Positions 26,476 through 39,300 of a stretch of DNA of 64,000 nucleotides are shown here, one piece after another; position 1 is the stretch's first letter, and the number at the start of each line of letters is the position of its first letter. The position numbers were made by a program, and so were the translations under genes. Below the pieces are notes generated by a model that saw only the letters and a list, made by a program, of their open reading frames with translations, was not told where the DNA came from and did no database searches. The DNA is from Takakia lepidozioides (Eukaryota; Plantae; Bryophyta): positions 77,190,001 through 77,254,000 of the forward strand of contig CM060732.1 in the NCBI GenBank assembly GCA_030704615.1, written 5' to 3'.

Positions 26476-28497
26476 GGTTGAGCGAGGGGAGCAGCCTACT
26501 GTCACCTGCAACATGCAACACAAACCAGCACGAAGAACTTCGCCCTCCAAGAGTGTGATAGAGAGAGACCTTGAACAGGAGATAAGCAGCAGATTTAAAA
26601 TGAGACACAACAGCTGAGTAGAGCAATCAGACACAAAGAAGGCACGACTGCCCGATTTTAAAGCATGGGGGTGCCTGAAAATCAACAAAAGATACTCAAG
26701 ATTGTGGGGGACAAGCAACCCGCCAGGGAGGAATTGATGTTGGACTGGCGGAGTTGAGTATGGTATCAAGAGAGAGATAAGAGGGGAAGTAGAGTTGAAT
26801 AGGATCCTGAAACTTGAAGAAGAAGGAAGCCGGAACACATCCCTATTCTGATCAGCCGTCAAGAGGGTGCTCTCATTAAGGAACAGGAGCCGCGGGCAAT
26901 GTAGGCGCCGTTCTCATCAATCTCAGTAAATTATCAGAGAAAGGCGGCTTCATCAGAGCTGAGGAGCGGCATTTTGTTTGATCATGCGGAAACGCAGCAG
27001 TTCGGCTTGTCAGCTCATTGATGTGAATGAGCTGGGAAGCACTCGTGGATGATGGAGTGAGAGTGCGTCAGTGAAGAAGAGAGTAAAGAGGGGGAGAAGC
27101 GGAAATCTGTTAGCTGGATAGATGTTGAGATTTGGGGGTAAAGCCAGGGAGACAAGTCAGCTTTCGTAGAGATGACGCTTAGATAACTCTGCTCCCACTA
27201 GGAGGTACTTGAAGCTGCAACTGGCATCAGTACATTCATGAGCAGGAGAGTTAGTCCTTGATGGGTGAGCGGGAGAGAGCTTGAGAAAATCTAAGTCCCA
27301 GAGCTCTCTCACCGTAACATGCGGAGCCATCTCGCCCCGCCCCCTCGGTACATCCCATTTTTTTTAAGAGGGGACAGTGACCCTCTTGACATTGAATGCT
27401 TTCTCTCTCGGCCTCGCTTCTCTCGCTGCAGCTCGCCCGCTTGATATCTCTCCTACCCATTGGGCATCAAACTTTGAACTGCATTGTCTCGGCGTTGTGG
27501 ACTCAATCAGATGCACAAACGGTTGCGCAATTTTCATCCCTGACCCCTCCTCTTGTTAGGGCCAACATTCATAGCTCCAATGTTTCCATTCGTATTTGTT
27601 TTTTCTTTTATATGAATAGTTAATATATTTTAACTTGAGCAGATATTGGTTGGTATTAGAGAAATAATAGCTCCAAAAATAAATAAATAAATATTAACCC
27701 TTAACTTCCTATGGAACTGTTTCAGGTTTCATAAAACACTATATATTAACGTAACTTTTGCAGATCTTGATGCTTTTAGGTCGTTTCTTCAGCAATAATT
27801 GACCTGACGACATGGCATGTTGTTTCCAATTGGCAGCATGCCATTTGGAGAAAGTCGGCCAGGTCCAGAAATTTCCAAAAACCGCAGGGTCAAATGTGTT
27901 CTTACATTGAGGGGGCCACGCAGTTGACTGCTACGTGGCCATCTCTGATTGGGCAGCACTTCAGGCACTGGGGGTTCAATTTTTATAAATTTCTACCATT
28001 GGATGTGGGCATAATTTGTAGGTGTGAAGAGAGTCACTCCCTCACTAGAGGGATTTGGAATTTGAGCAATATTTCATAGCATTTTGTGGAGGCCAAATCC
28101 CAAATTCTAAATCTTTGTAATGAAGGTAGTTTGAACCCCAACCCCCCCCCCCCCCCCCCGAAACACATACAAAGCACCCCCATGCTAAACATGACATTTG
28201 CCCCTCATTTTTTGCATGGACATGTCATTCCTACCACAGATTAGGAATGTGTGGAATAAACCAAAAACGTTGTCTCTAATTTGAAAGTTGTCTGAAAGCC
28301 TGTTCTATGAGACCTAAGTTGCCTGAACTCTCAAATTAGTTGGTCAAGGCTAAAAAACCATGTTTTCAAAAACAAAAACAAAAAAAATCATCCTCTCTAA
28401 AACCATATAATCTCCCACATTTCAGGGTGAAACAAGTCCATTTTTGGTGAGTGCATGCATGTGCGCACCCACGTGTAAGGTTCATTTTTCAGGATGA

Positions 28498-28655
28498 CAA
28501 CCAGCATGTAGCCTAGTGGTAATGGGCACATACCACGTTGGATGTGGTTGTGGGTTCAAACCACGGTCTGGTGTGTCATAAAGGTGTCTACCTTTCAGTT
28601 GGAAGGCACTAGCCTGTGTGCTACTCCTTTGAGAAGCGTCTATATATATATATAT
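28498..28655 (+). mobile_element. tRNA-derived SINE, family 2
   Basis: A box TAGCCTAGTGG, B box GGTTCAAACC, body shared with the 31229 and 33805 copies, (TA)n tail. Confidence 0.75.
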
Positions 28656-28682
28656 AATGTATGATTTTTGATAGATAGTTAG

Positions 28683-29123
28683 CAGTGTTTGTCTAGTATG
28701 GGTATCAGACCCGAGTATCAATGCTGGTATCAAGGATCAGACCAGCCTGGTCTTTAAGTTCTACATACCACCAGACCAAGCTGGTATCCGTTTTCTCATA
28801 CCAGCCACAATACCAGTACCCGCTCCCTCCTCATTTACTCTGGTATGTGTAGTATATTAATTTATGTATACATACATGTAATTGTTTATATTTACTTTAT
28901 ATTTATTGTATTTGTTTTCACTTGATATGTGATAAACCTGTCAGTCAAGATGGCTTTGGAATGACACCAGAATTGCTACTCATACCAGCAGGTATTGTGG
29001 TCATGATACTCATACTCATACCAATATCTGGAAAAAAATACATCCACCATTATATAGACCAGAGATGGGGCTGGTACCAGGACCAGTCTGGTATGTCAAA
29101 AACCTAATACCAGACCAACACTG
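28683..29123. mobile_element. hAT-type MITE (TGGTAT/ATACCA subterminal repeats)
   Basis: TIR CAGTGTTTGTCT / AGACCAACACTG. Degenerate 8-bp TSD ATAGTTAG/GTAATTAG. Confidence 0.75.
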
Positions 29124-29159
29124 GTAATTAGTCTCACTTTATTGGGCATGGGTAGTAAT

Positions 29160-29376
29160 TGTTTTATTTATTTATTTATTAAAGGAAACCTGGGAGCGAC
29201 TGCTCACAATTCAGGCCCAACCCCCCTTTCAGATAAGCCATTAGGCACACAGGTGGAAACGTCACCACTAGTCCAACCGGTCACGAATAATCCACACACC
29301 AGCAGGACAGCGGGTTTGAACCCCGAACCACCAGGGCGACACACTGTGCCCTTACCAGCTGAGCTACCAGCTGATG
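29160..29376 (-). mobile_element. tRNA-derived SINE, family 1
   Basis: Minus strand CATCAGCTGGTAGCTCAGCTGGTAAG..GGTTCAAACCCGC, near identical to the head at 57046, with an (AAAT)n tail. Confidence 0.85.
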
Positions 29377-29989
29377 TGCGTAATGTTTAGGTGTCAAAAA
29401 ATCAACCATGTAGGAGGTTAAGGTTAAGAACAGGGAGAGTGGCCCTGAAAACTTTATTTGGAGTTATTTTGGGGAAAAATATTTTTTAAAGTGGAATATT
29501 GTGAATTTATGCTACTTATATATCATGGGTTATGGGATTTGTTTTCTTTAAAGCGTGCTGAGTTTGTTCTAAAACAATTCACCCTAAAGCGCCAATTGAA
29601 AATGGAGTTTTTACGTTTTTAGTTTTTACTTTCCTCTGCAATTTCCTGTGCCTCACTCAGATGAAGCTAACATTTAAAGATAAAATGTAGCCCTGAATCC
29701 CAGCTTTCCAATGACCCCTACAAATCCTTTGACGGATCAGAAGGTGAATTGTTAAGAGATGTACAAGTAATTTAAAGCAGCTTTTTTGGGTTTCGGGCTG
29801 GCTGCCCAGCTGCCCAAATCTGCCAAACTGTTTTATAGGGAACTGGTCTTCCTGGATCCAAGGCCAGCAGGACTACGTGGCCTACCGGTATGACAGGCCA
29901 CGTTTAGGGCATAGGCATATTTTGGCAGAATAGGTAAGCCCCACTTAGGGCAGGCCCAAATGGATGGATTGGGAACAGTGTTTTCTTTT

Positions 29990-30230
29990 TCATTTTTCCA
30001 AAACCGCCACAGGGGCCACATGTAAATTTTACCCAGCACCCATGTGGCAAGAATAACGAGGTGGCAGGGTTTGCAAAGTAGCTATATTACATGTGGCATG
30101 TTCTAATGGGTCCACCTAGGCAAAGTCAACCTCCTGAAATTCAACTCCTGCTACTTTCTTGCGAATTTTTTGATTTGAACCCCGCTAGTTCCGGATCGAC
30201 TTTCTGCCAGAAAACAAAAAAGAACACTGA
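29990..30230 (+). repeat. interspersed repeat; inverted copy at ~50750-51020
   Basis: GGGGCCACATGTAAATTTTACCCA..GTGGCAAGAATAACGAGGTGGCAGGG matches the reverse complement of 50930-50990. Confidence 0.65.
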
Positions 30231-30751
30231 TTGGGAACAGTGTTTTTTCTTTCATTGGGGAAAAGCCCTGCCTTGTTGTATGAATTACTAATTGATTGTA
30301 AAGTGATTAATATAATTGCGGCATAGGACCGGGCCAGCGTTATTTTTATTGGCGAATTTTCGCTAGATTTCGACCTCAAAAAAAAAAAAAAATATTCTGT
30401 CGCAAATTTCCTGTTTTTTCATGGATGAAATCGCCAAATTTCTCCAAATAAAAAATAAATTATGGATGATTTCGCCAAATTTGGTTGATATAAATGGATT
30501 GAAGTACATGAATGGATGAAATTCAGCGGATGAACAGAATGTACCGCTATTTTTTTGCAAAACTCTGTAGCCGCTCGTGCTGTTTTCCAATTTCTTAAGA
30601 AAAACACTGGACGGCCCCCCCAAAAGGGGGCAGTACCCACACGGGGAAGAGGGTTTTTTTATTTTATTTTATGTTTTTACTCTTATTTACGCCAGCTTCG
30701 CCTGGCGTCATATATATATATATGAACGGCACTATAAGAATACACGTGACA

Positions 30752-31160
30752 AAATCCCAAATTCTGTGCACTAATCCAGGTGGCACCTTTGCATAGTTCT
30801 TGTGCTGGATGAAACCCTAAACTTGTATTGTCTCTATGACACCTGTCAAACATGCACCAACTAGACCGCATAAACTGCATCCTGCTTAACATAATTCATC
30901 AATAAGTAGATGAAAGATTGCTGTCTCGAACTAAATCCCTCAAGCATAGTCCTCCCTTTGGAAGGCAGGGCCAACAGAATCCCAAATTCTACACAACTAA
31001 TCCAAGTAACACCTTTGTGTACAAAATCTGATGCTGGATGAAACCCTAAATTTGCACCATTACTGAACAATGTATCCCTATAAATAATCTGACCTGTCAA
31101 ACATGCACCAGCTTGACCAGCTGAACCACATCCTGTTTACATATCTCATCTATGAAAATG
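30752..31160. repeat. diverged tandem duplication (~225-bp period)
   Basis: AATCCCAAATTCT..TGCTGGATGAAACCCTAAA..ACCTGTCAAACATGCACCA occurs twice (from ~30753 and ~30978). Confidence 0.75.
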
Positions 31161-31228
31161 GATGGACAGTGTACACTGTCTTGAATTAATTGGGTGTATC
31201 CTCTGTGCTTGAGAAGTAAAATCTTCTA

Positions 31229-31385
31229 CCAACAGGCGCTAGCTCAGTTGGGTACCTTCAAAGTGGTTGTGGGTTCAATCCACTGGTTGTGGTCACAATT
31301 GTGTCCACCTTCTGGCCAGAAGGCGCTAGCCCTTCAGGGTTAAGAGACACCATATAATTTACGCTTCCTTGGGACGGCATCATAC
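31229..31385 (+). mobile_element. tRNA-derived SINE, family 2
   Basis: TAGCTCAGTTGG, GGTTCAATCC, and body GTCCACCTTC..AAGAGACACCAT..TTTACGCTTCCTTGGG. Confidence 0.7.
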
Positions 31386-32673
31386 ATTTTTCTTTTTTTT
31401 GGGTTCATCGTTGTGGTTTGGGGACTCAAAATCCTGCTACTGCATCCTGGTATGGTTTCATGGCCAGTTGCCCCGGGGATTGTAAGTCTTGTCCAAGTGT
31501 TGCACGGAATATTTGATTCAGCCTCAAACCCGCTGCGGAGCCAAACCCGGATATATACATGTGGATATGCCGGAGGTCAAAAAATCAAATATTCGTCTCC
31601 GTTAAGAACCGCCGGATATGAAGAGATGGGATAATCGGATCCGGCTGAGAACCGGTGGTTTTGTATAATTTTCTTATTTGATGTGAACAGGAAGTAGTGG
31701 TCCAAAAGAATATGAACCCATATATCCGGCATTTAAAACCCGAGGTCATTCATGATAATAGCCGGTTCACTCGACATAAGCGAGGCAGGTCATAGTCATG
31801 GTGTTTCCTTGGAAAAAAAACCAAGAAAACAAATTGCACCCAACTATTTACAGATTCCAGAACTTGTGATCATTTCTTCTTAAAAAAAAGAAAAAAGAGC
31901 GGCTGACACATAATGTAAGTGAAGGAACAGTCTTCTTGCAGTTTCTGTGGGTAGGGGATGGTGTCAGCCAAATCAAATTGGGTCAGTTGGAACTTGGGTG
32001 CCGCATAATTTGTTATTTTACTTTGATATTATATATATATTAATTATATATTTTCTTTAGAAGAAAAATAAAAACAATTGTATAGATCGTATAGAAATAT
32101 TTGACCTAAATCTGTTTTACTCAGTTCCTGCCTTGCACTTTGACTTCATATAACCTACTCACCCCATGGTCAGCGGTATTTGGTTTTTGTGAAATCAATA
32201 TACTCATCAAATCCACACTGAAATTCCCAACAGACAAACCCCATAGCATCTTTTGGCACAATTGTTTTTATTTTTGGTTTAAAAGGAAAATATAGAAAAA
32301 GATCAAGGTAAGAAAGAAAAAAATAGGTGAGTCCATGGGCATGTGCTTGATTTGTACACGTTGTACTCATCATCCAATGAAGTTTTGTCTTCGTTCATCG
32401 GCTGTAAAGGACACTTTTCATCTGTTGAGTCAGGTTTATCCCGTTTAAGTCTGTTTGGCCATTTGTGTGTGACATCCACTGAGCCGTGTGACTGCTCATC
32501 CACATATATTTTTCATCCACTGTCACAATTCTAGGTCATGGGTTCTGGTGATCAGATGAACCTTGTTTGAAATAATTCCCTAGCCTGCAAGTAGTATCTG
32601 GGTCTCTTCAGGAGAAGAAGAGGAAAGGGTCCCTGGTCATCATGAATGGGAGCAGCAACTAGCTTAGCAACCT

Positions 32674-32704
32674 TTCTTCTTCTTCTTCTTCTTCTTCTTC
32701 TTCT
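32674..32704. repeat. (TTC)n microsatellite
   Basis: About 10 TTC units. Confidence 0.9.
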
Positions 32705-33678
32705 TTGGCTCTTGGTTCTTCTCCTTCCACTACTTCAGTAATTTCTAAGCTTTTGACATCATAGGCAACCCAAGTTACTATTACAACCTGTCGATGTTCG
32801 GAAAACACTTTTAATCAGCTCAAAATAGCTCCTACAGATGATAACTGGGGGTTTAGGGTTTTGGGCATCAGGAAAAAGTATGCTATTCAACAAGTTCAGT
32901 GGCAGGCTGATAGGGTAGATTATATATACATATGTATAATAGGTATACAAATATCATTGCATCCCGTTTTGGGAGACCCAACTCTATCTATTTGCACATA
33001 AGAGAAAAAAAATAGCTAATCTGGATGTGTGGGAATGAAATGAGGCGTCTACGTCCAACAGATGAGCCCTAATTGGATGAACCATTTGAATCCTTAAAGG
33101 AACTTCATTATGGTGAGGATAGCTCATCAAGTGTCTAATCCTGCCAACGTTTAAGGAAATGACTGCTACTGTGTCAGAATTAAGTACATTACACAAGTAA
33201 TGTCACTCAATACTTTAAAAAATTTGCTCCCCAAACCCTAGATCCTACTTATGATGATCTCCCTCATTACTCACTAAACTCTCCCTCTAATGATGAGTAC
33301 AAACCCTAAATGTACAGAGTACCCTCCCTTTTCTGATTTCTCTAAAAAGAGAAAGGGGAGCTTGGAAGGAGAACTTTACTTGGGATTACTGGAAGGGAAT
33401 GAGGCATTGAGCCATAAGGCATCATGATGGCACACTGAGTGATCAGTGAGGGCCCTCCAAATAGATGAAGTAAAAGAAAAACTAATCTAGGTACTCTAAG
33501 TACTCTGTAGTAAAGCTTATGTTTGGGTACTGTCCTCTTTCCTGTAAGAAAGAAAGTGATAGATTTGGGTCATTGTTCTTACCATTTTGTACCATTTTCA
33601 AAAATGTAAGATCTTCCCTATTATGAGGCAAAGCAATTAAGTAAGATCTTTGGCAGGTTGAACGGTAATTGTTATAAC

Positions 33679-34613
33679 CTTGTTGGACTAGTATAGGGAT
33701 GACAAACTGGTATCAATACTTTCTATCCGAAATACACATACCAGTCTGGTATCAGCTAGAGCCAGTACCTAGCATATACCTATATTGATCTGGTATTGTG
33801 TTTATATATATGCATATGACGCCTCCCCAAGGAAGCGTAAATTATGGTGTCTCTTGACCCTAAAGGGCTACTGCCTTCCAACAGGAAGGTGGACACCTTT
33901 GTGACACCAATCGGTGGATTGAACCCACAACCACTTCCGAGGTCGTATGTGCCCATTACCACTGGGCTACAACTTGGTTGTCTATTGTGTTTACTAATAC
34001 TGTGGGCCATACCCTACTAGCCTGGTATGTGGTTGAAGGTTTGATACTTGATACCACTATCGTATATAATTTGTGAGGAAAACCTAGGTATGAGTATTGA
34101 TGGCGCGGGTGGCACAATGGATATTAGCAACATTGAATATACAATCTCGCTCCCAGGTGTTTTCCCTTTATTAAAAATAAATAAATAAATAAATATATAT
34201 ATACAATCACTATAGATTGGACATATATATCACAATATGTATACATATAGTGAGTTTTTTTTATACCAGACCAGTATTGATAATGCCCTGGTATCAGGTT
34301 TTCAAAATTCTTTGCTATTGGTACCAGTTCCCTTGGGCGGTGTCCCATGCGAAAGCCTTCACAGCGAGGTTAGTCTGAAAGAGGCTCCCAGGTGCTTCCC
34401 TTTAAATTTTTAAAAAAAAAACCAGTAAAACACCACATCAATAATGTAGTATTGTTGATTCCACCGAGACATTGGAATATCAGGAAAAAAAAAAGATATA
34501 TATAATATATATATCCGATTTTTCCCAATTCCATTGCTTCCCTGGTATCGCACAGAGGTCTCTCTACCAGTACCAGTCTGGTATGCTCAAAATACCATAC
34601 GAGTCCAACACTG
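33679..34613. mobile_element. hAT-type MITE (TGGTAT/ATACCA family) with nested SINE
   Basis: Ends CTTGTTGGACT / AGTCCAACACTG. TSD GTTATAAC (33671-33678) / GTTACAAC (34614-34621). Confidence 0.7.
33805..33982 (-). mobile_element. tRNA-derived SINE, family 2
   Basis: Minus strand TAGCCCAGTGG..GGTTCAATCC with a (TA)n tail. 11-bp TSD TATTGTGTTTA (33794-33804 and 33983-33993). Confidence 0.85.
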
Positions 34614-35817
34614 GTTACAACTAATAACGTGATTTAGTGCATGTATCCGCGCGGGTATGGGTAGAGAATGTATAACCGCGGAAACGTTCATCCATTTGTT
34701 GCTCATTTGTCATCCACAGCCATCCAACAAGCGAAATGTACCTATGGGGACCGCACGGTAGTAGGTGCACAAACACCTCTGGAGTCTCTGCTTTTTCCGA
34801 ATAAAAGGATACCCTGCAGTATTCGCTTTCATTAATTCCGAGCTAGCCCTCCTTACTCCCAAACTTAATACCTGCATTTTCTTATTCAATGCCCATTTAA
34901 TATAGTTCGCTTATAATATACATGTAGTTATCACACCCTAGATGACTTAAGACCTGAACCCTAATTACATGCATGTAACTCTCCCCAATTTTCATTTTAT
35001 TTTCGCATGAAATCGAAAACAAATAAACAAACTGAGGACTAAAATGAATATCCACGCAATAATCAGAAATTGTGGGCCGGAAATAGGAAGTGCATCCCTA
35101 ATGAAAGGCTGCGCAGATATGACAATATCTACACACGTGTGGAGAAGGAAGGTAAAAGACAGGCGTGAAAGATTGCCGGAGATGGGAAAAGATGGTGTCA
35201 GTACGCAATGAAGGTCCGGCGAGGCGCGCCGTCCCGCGACGACGGCGCACCGTTGTCGCATAACGGCGCCCTCCCCGCCAGTTTCGTACCACGCGTATGG
35301 CGGCTCCTCATATTTACGGTTTACAGTACAGGGCCGTAGAGTACTGTATGTACTCCGCCTTCATATATTTGTGTCTTAATCAAATAATCAAAACTGAGGC
35401 TTGGCAACGGATTGAACCGCAGACCGGCAGGTCGATGTGCGATCAGTACCCACCCACTGCATGGAACTTGCTTCCATAAGGATTTTTTTGGATGCTTTAT
35501 GAGGTTTAATAAAACAAATTAATCTGATTTAGGTACTCAGATTATTCCGAAGAATACACCGCTTCGTAGTTACGAGCTGATCGCCAGCTGTGCTGCGAAA
35601 TTCCTAATTTAGAAATATCTCGCTGGGAGTCGTAAAATAGAAATTAAAATTAAGTGGGGGGGACGTTGACGGAGAGGCAGTCGTGGCGACCGATGCCGTC
35701 CGACGGCGACGGCCCGTCGGTAACAGAGACGTTAGTTTCCGTCGGGAGGTGTCCGCGGCTGCGGAATTTGTCGTACTCTGTCTCGTCGATTAAATGCCAC
35801 CCTCGCGGTTCTTCCTT

Positions 35818-36271
35818 TCTCTCTCTCTCTCTCTCTCTCGCGCAGCTCCTTCACATGCGCTTGGTGGAATCTGTGCGCGCTTGTTTGATTCTAGGGGAAG
35901 CTCGACAGTGGATGTGGGGGCTTAAGCTCTGTGATTAATCCTGCTGGGGCTGGTGTGGCGTGGGGCGTTTTTATTCCTCTCTCTCTCTCGCATTTCCTTC
36001 ACATTTGCTTGCTGGAATCTGTTGGCGCTTGTTCGATTTGTAGGTGGAACTTGACGCTGAATGCGGGGCTGTAGCTCTGTGCTTTCTCCTGCTGCAGCTA
36101 GTTTGGGGTTGGGGGTGTTATTACCTCTCTCTCTCACGCACTTCCTTCACATTTGCTTGCTGGAAGCTGGTTCGCGCTTGTTCGATTTTAGGTGGAGCTT
36201 GACGCTGAATGCGGCTGCTGCTGTAGCCCTGTGCTTTCTCGTGCTGCAGCTAGTGTGGTGTGGGGGGTGTT
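35818..36271 (+). repeat. three tandem ~150-bp units in the Argonaute 5' region
   Basis: Each unit reads (CT)n-CCTTCACAT..GCTTG(G/C)TGGAA..GCGCTTGTT(C/T)GATT..AG. Units start at ~35820, 35976 and 36124. Confidence 0.85.
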
Positions 36272-36331
36272 TATCGGACAGGCTGCGGGGTTCTGGTTGT
36301 GTGGTTTTGTTTTCGATTTAGAAGCTCCGTC

Positions 36332-39300
36332 ATGGAGGGAGAGAAGGGCCCTCCGTCTCATGAGGGTTTAGATTCGCCCACACTAGACCTTCCGCCTCCG
36401 CCTCCCCTTCCTGAAGGTGGTCTGGGTAACCAGCCCACCATAGCCCAGGGGTACGAGGTTCCTAAGGGAACCAACGGAGGAGCTCCTGGTGGTGGTGGTG
36501 AAGTGAAGGCCGGACCTTCGAGCGTAGGCGGGGGGGACACAGCGCCTTCGTCGAGTGGCGGCAGACAATCGGGTGGTCGTGGTCCGGAGCCCAGCAAGCC
36601 TACTCGAAGTGCGAATGCCTTTAAGCAGGCAACAAGAGGGAGCTATGGGGACAAAGGGAGACCGGTGATGTTGGAGTGCAACTACTTCGAAACCGCATTG
36701 ATGAAACAAGAAGACGTTTATCACTATGACGTACAATAATTCGCATCTGCTCCTGTCTGTAATCCGGTGTGAAGTCATTTGTGTTTTTGTTGTTACCCCT
36801 CGGCTGCGTTTGAAATATTCTCGCTTGTCCCTCGTGCTTGTACAGGTTCGTATAGCAGTCGGTGGGGATCGGGAGGATCGGGATGCTGCCGTGCCGAAGA
36901 AAATATCAAGAGATATAATGGCTAAGCTCCGTAGTACTTACGGATTGAAGGAATTTCGGGGTAAGCATGGCGCTTACGATGGCGAGAAGAGTTTATTTAC
37001 CAGTGGACCACTGGATTTCAACAGCCAAGTGTTTCCAGTGTTCCTCGACGATGAACGGGGCCCTTCCTTCAGGTTAGTCAATGCGGAAAGAATTAAGGGT
37101 TTTTCCCTTGTCATGCATATTGATATCAATTCTCTGACATGGTTTTGTGGTTGTCGTGGGGTTTTGGTGTGAAGGCCTGGAGATCGCGGGGGAAGGGTTG
37201 GGGACAGTCCACCAATGGTGGCCAGTCCACCCACAGGAAGCCCTACGGGTGGGAGTCCAGGTAAGGTTGCATCCTTGAATGTACCTCTTTGTAAAATGAC
37301 CGTTGTTGTTCGATCGTATGCAGTTGCTGGTGGTCCTTCTGGTATGTTTTTGGTGACTGATGCATTTTCGGTTCTGGCCACAGGGAGGAGTCCTGAAGCC
37401 AAAAAACGGCGGACGAATGGTAGGGGCCGAGAATTTGATGTGCGGATTGAGTTTGCTGCTCGAATTAGTATGTCAGCTATTCAGGCTCTGCTGCGTGGGC
37501 AGGCTGGTGCTGAATCAGAGAAGGCCCAGGATGCCTTGCGTGTGCTGGACATTGTGCTCCGCGAGGTCGCTGCAACAAGGTGCAATCCGCCTTAAGCCCA
37601 CAAGGGAATGGTTTTCTTTTCTCTGCTGGGACACTGACATCTTCCATCAACGTGGATTCTCATTGCACATGCAATTCGGTTTCGCATTTCGAGGTGTCAG
37701 AACGGAAGCTGAGTGGGTAGATTGGTGGATGCAGGGGATATCTCCTGGTGAGGGATAACTTCTTCCACCCCTCTCTTGGAAACATGGGCAATCTTGGTGA
37801 AGGAGTGGAGGCATGGCGGGGGTTTCATTCTAGTATCAGGGCCACTGCAATGGGGCTTGCATTGAATTTGGGTATGTAATTCTTCTACTCAAGCTGTATG
37901 GTACCAATTTTAGTTCAAAAAATGAAACTGAAGAAACTGAAGATTGTGGAGATGTGTGTATGTGGGACAGATATTACAATGACCACTGTCATCAAGCCCA
38001 TGATAATTGATGAGCTATTAATGGAGAAATTCAACTTGAGGGATGGACTTGGAAGACTTGGTCATCGTGACTGGAGCAAGGTCTCTTCTGCTGTTCTCTG
38101 CTAGTAGTGAATATTGAAATTTGCAATATGTAGACAGTGTTTGTCTACTACATCAATATTTTAGTGAATGCGATTGAGCGAGCCTACATTTATCATGCGA
38201 GTGGGTTTTGGTTCCTTTCTGTAGGTGAAGACCTTATTGAAAGGTGTGCGAGTGGAGACAACTCACATGAGGGTGTCGCGAACTCACAAGATTTTAGGAC
38301 TCAGTTCCGAGCCTATTGGTGCCCTCACGTATGGAATCAGTCTTTTCCTATACATGATGGGTTTCTGATCATATTGTGGGAACATGTACAGTGTATGTTG
38401 TAAGCTGAGTGTAGACCTTGTAGGAAGCTACAATGTTGTCTGTGGGATATGCTCTAAACTTTCCTATTCCATGGCGTGGGTTTTGCAGATTCATCAAGAA
38501 AATGAGATCTGGTAATGGCTCACCTCCGGGTGAGCTGCAATTGTCAGTAATAGACTACTACTGGGACACATACAAGTATCGCCTGAAATACCCTGATCTG
38601 CCAGCCCTGAATGTTGGTTCCAGCAAGAAACCAACCTGGGTCCCATTGGAGGTAAAACCTTATCCAGTCCTGTGGGGCTTCTTCCAACACCAACCATCTT
38701 TGAGAGTTTGTCAACTTGCCACACAAATTGGTCAATTTTACATCTGATTTCTGTCTTTGAAAACTCATCTGTATGTAATTGGTTCTCAATTTGCTAACAG
38801 GTATGGGCCTATGTGTTGATGTTGCATGTGGTCTGCGAACAGCTTTGTAAAGTTCTGCCAGGCCAGAGGTACACGAAGGCTCTGTCCCGGGGCCAGAGAC
38901 AGAAGCAAATTGATGCATGCAAGCAAACACCACAAGACCGGAAGTCTGTGTGTGAAAGGGTGTGCCCCCTCTTCTACTCTCTGCTGATTTCTGTTATTTC
39001 CTTACTTACTGCAGTACTGCTTACGATTTGTGTGTTGTGACAGGCTATGAAGATTAACAACTATGACTCGGATAAGATTATCAAGGAGTTTGGTCTCCAA
39101 TTCAACCCACTCTTGGCTAAAGTAAAGGGCCGAATTTTGGATGCTCCCACTGTAAGATCTGGCCCCCACCATCCATTTAAAGCAAAGTGATGTAGCTTAG
39201 AGGTCATTGAGGGTGTTTGGTAGTGGTACTGAGAATTAATGCTTGTATCTTTACAGCTGTCCTTTGGACGAGGAAGGACAGAGGTGATAAGAGAGGGGCG

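Larger units (their letters stand above)
15411..27543 (-). mobile_element. near full-length decayed L1-clade LINE, interrupted by a CACTA element
   Basis: Poly(A) at ~15411-15437, ORF2 with APE, RT and zf-RVT domains, and ORF1 with a CX2CX4HX4C knuckle. Candidate TSD CCCCTCCTCTT at 15400-15410 and 27544-27554; the 5' boundary is less certain. Confidence 0.9.
27698..29423. mobile_element. TTAA-flanked non-autonomous TIR element (piggyBac-like), with nested insertions
   Basis: Ends read TTAA|CCCTTAACTTCCTA ... TAGGAGGTTAAGG|TTAA. Contains SINEs and a hAT MITE. Confidence 0.5.

Noticed and set aside
32340-32760. Possible pseudogene on the minus strand
   Set aside because: All frames are interrupted and show no recognisable domain.
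37324-37341. 18-nt micro-exon (AG..GT bounded, in frame) in an Argonaute intron
   Set aside because: It would leave a 42-nt downstream intron, too short to be credible. The 123-nt intron being stop-free may be chance.
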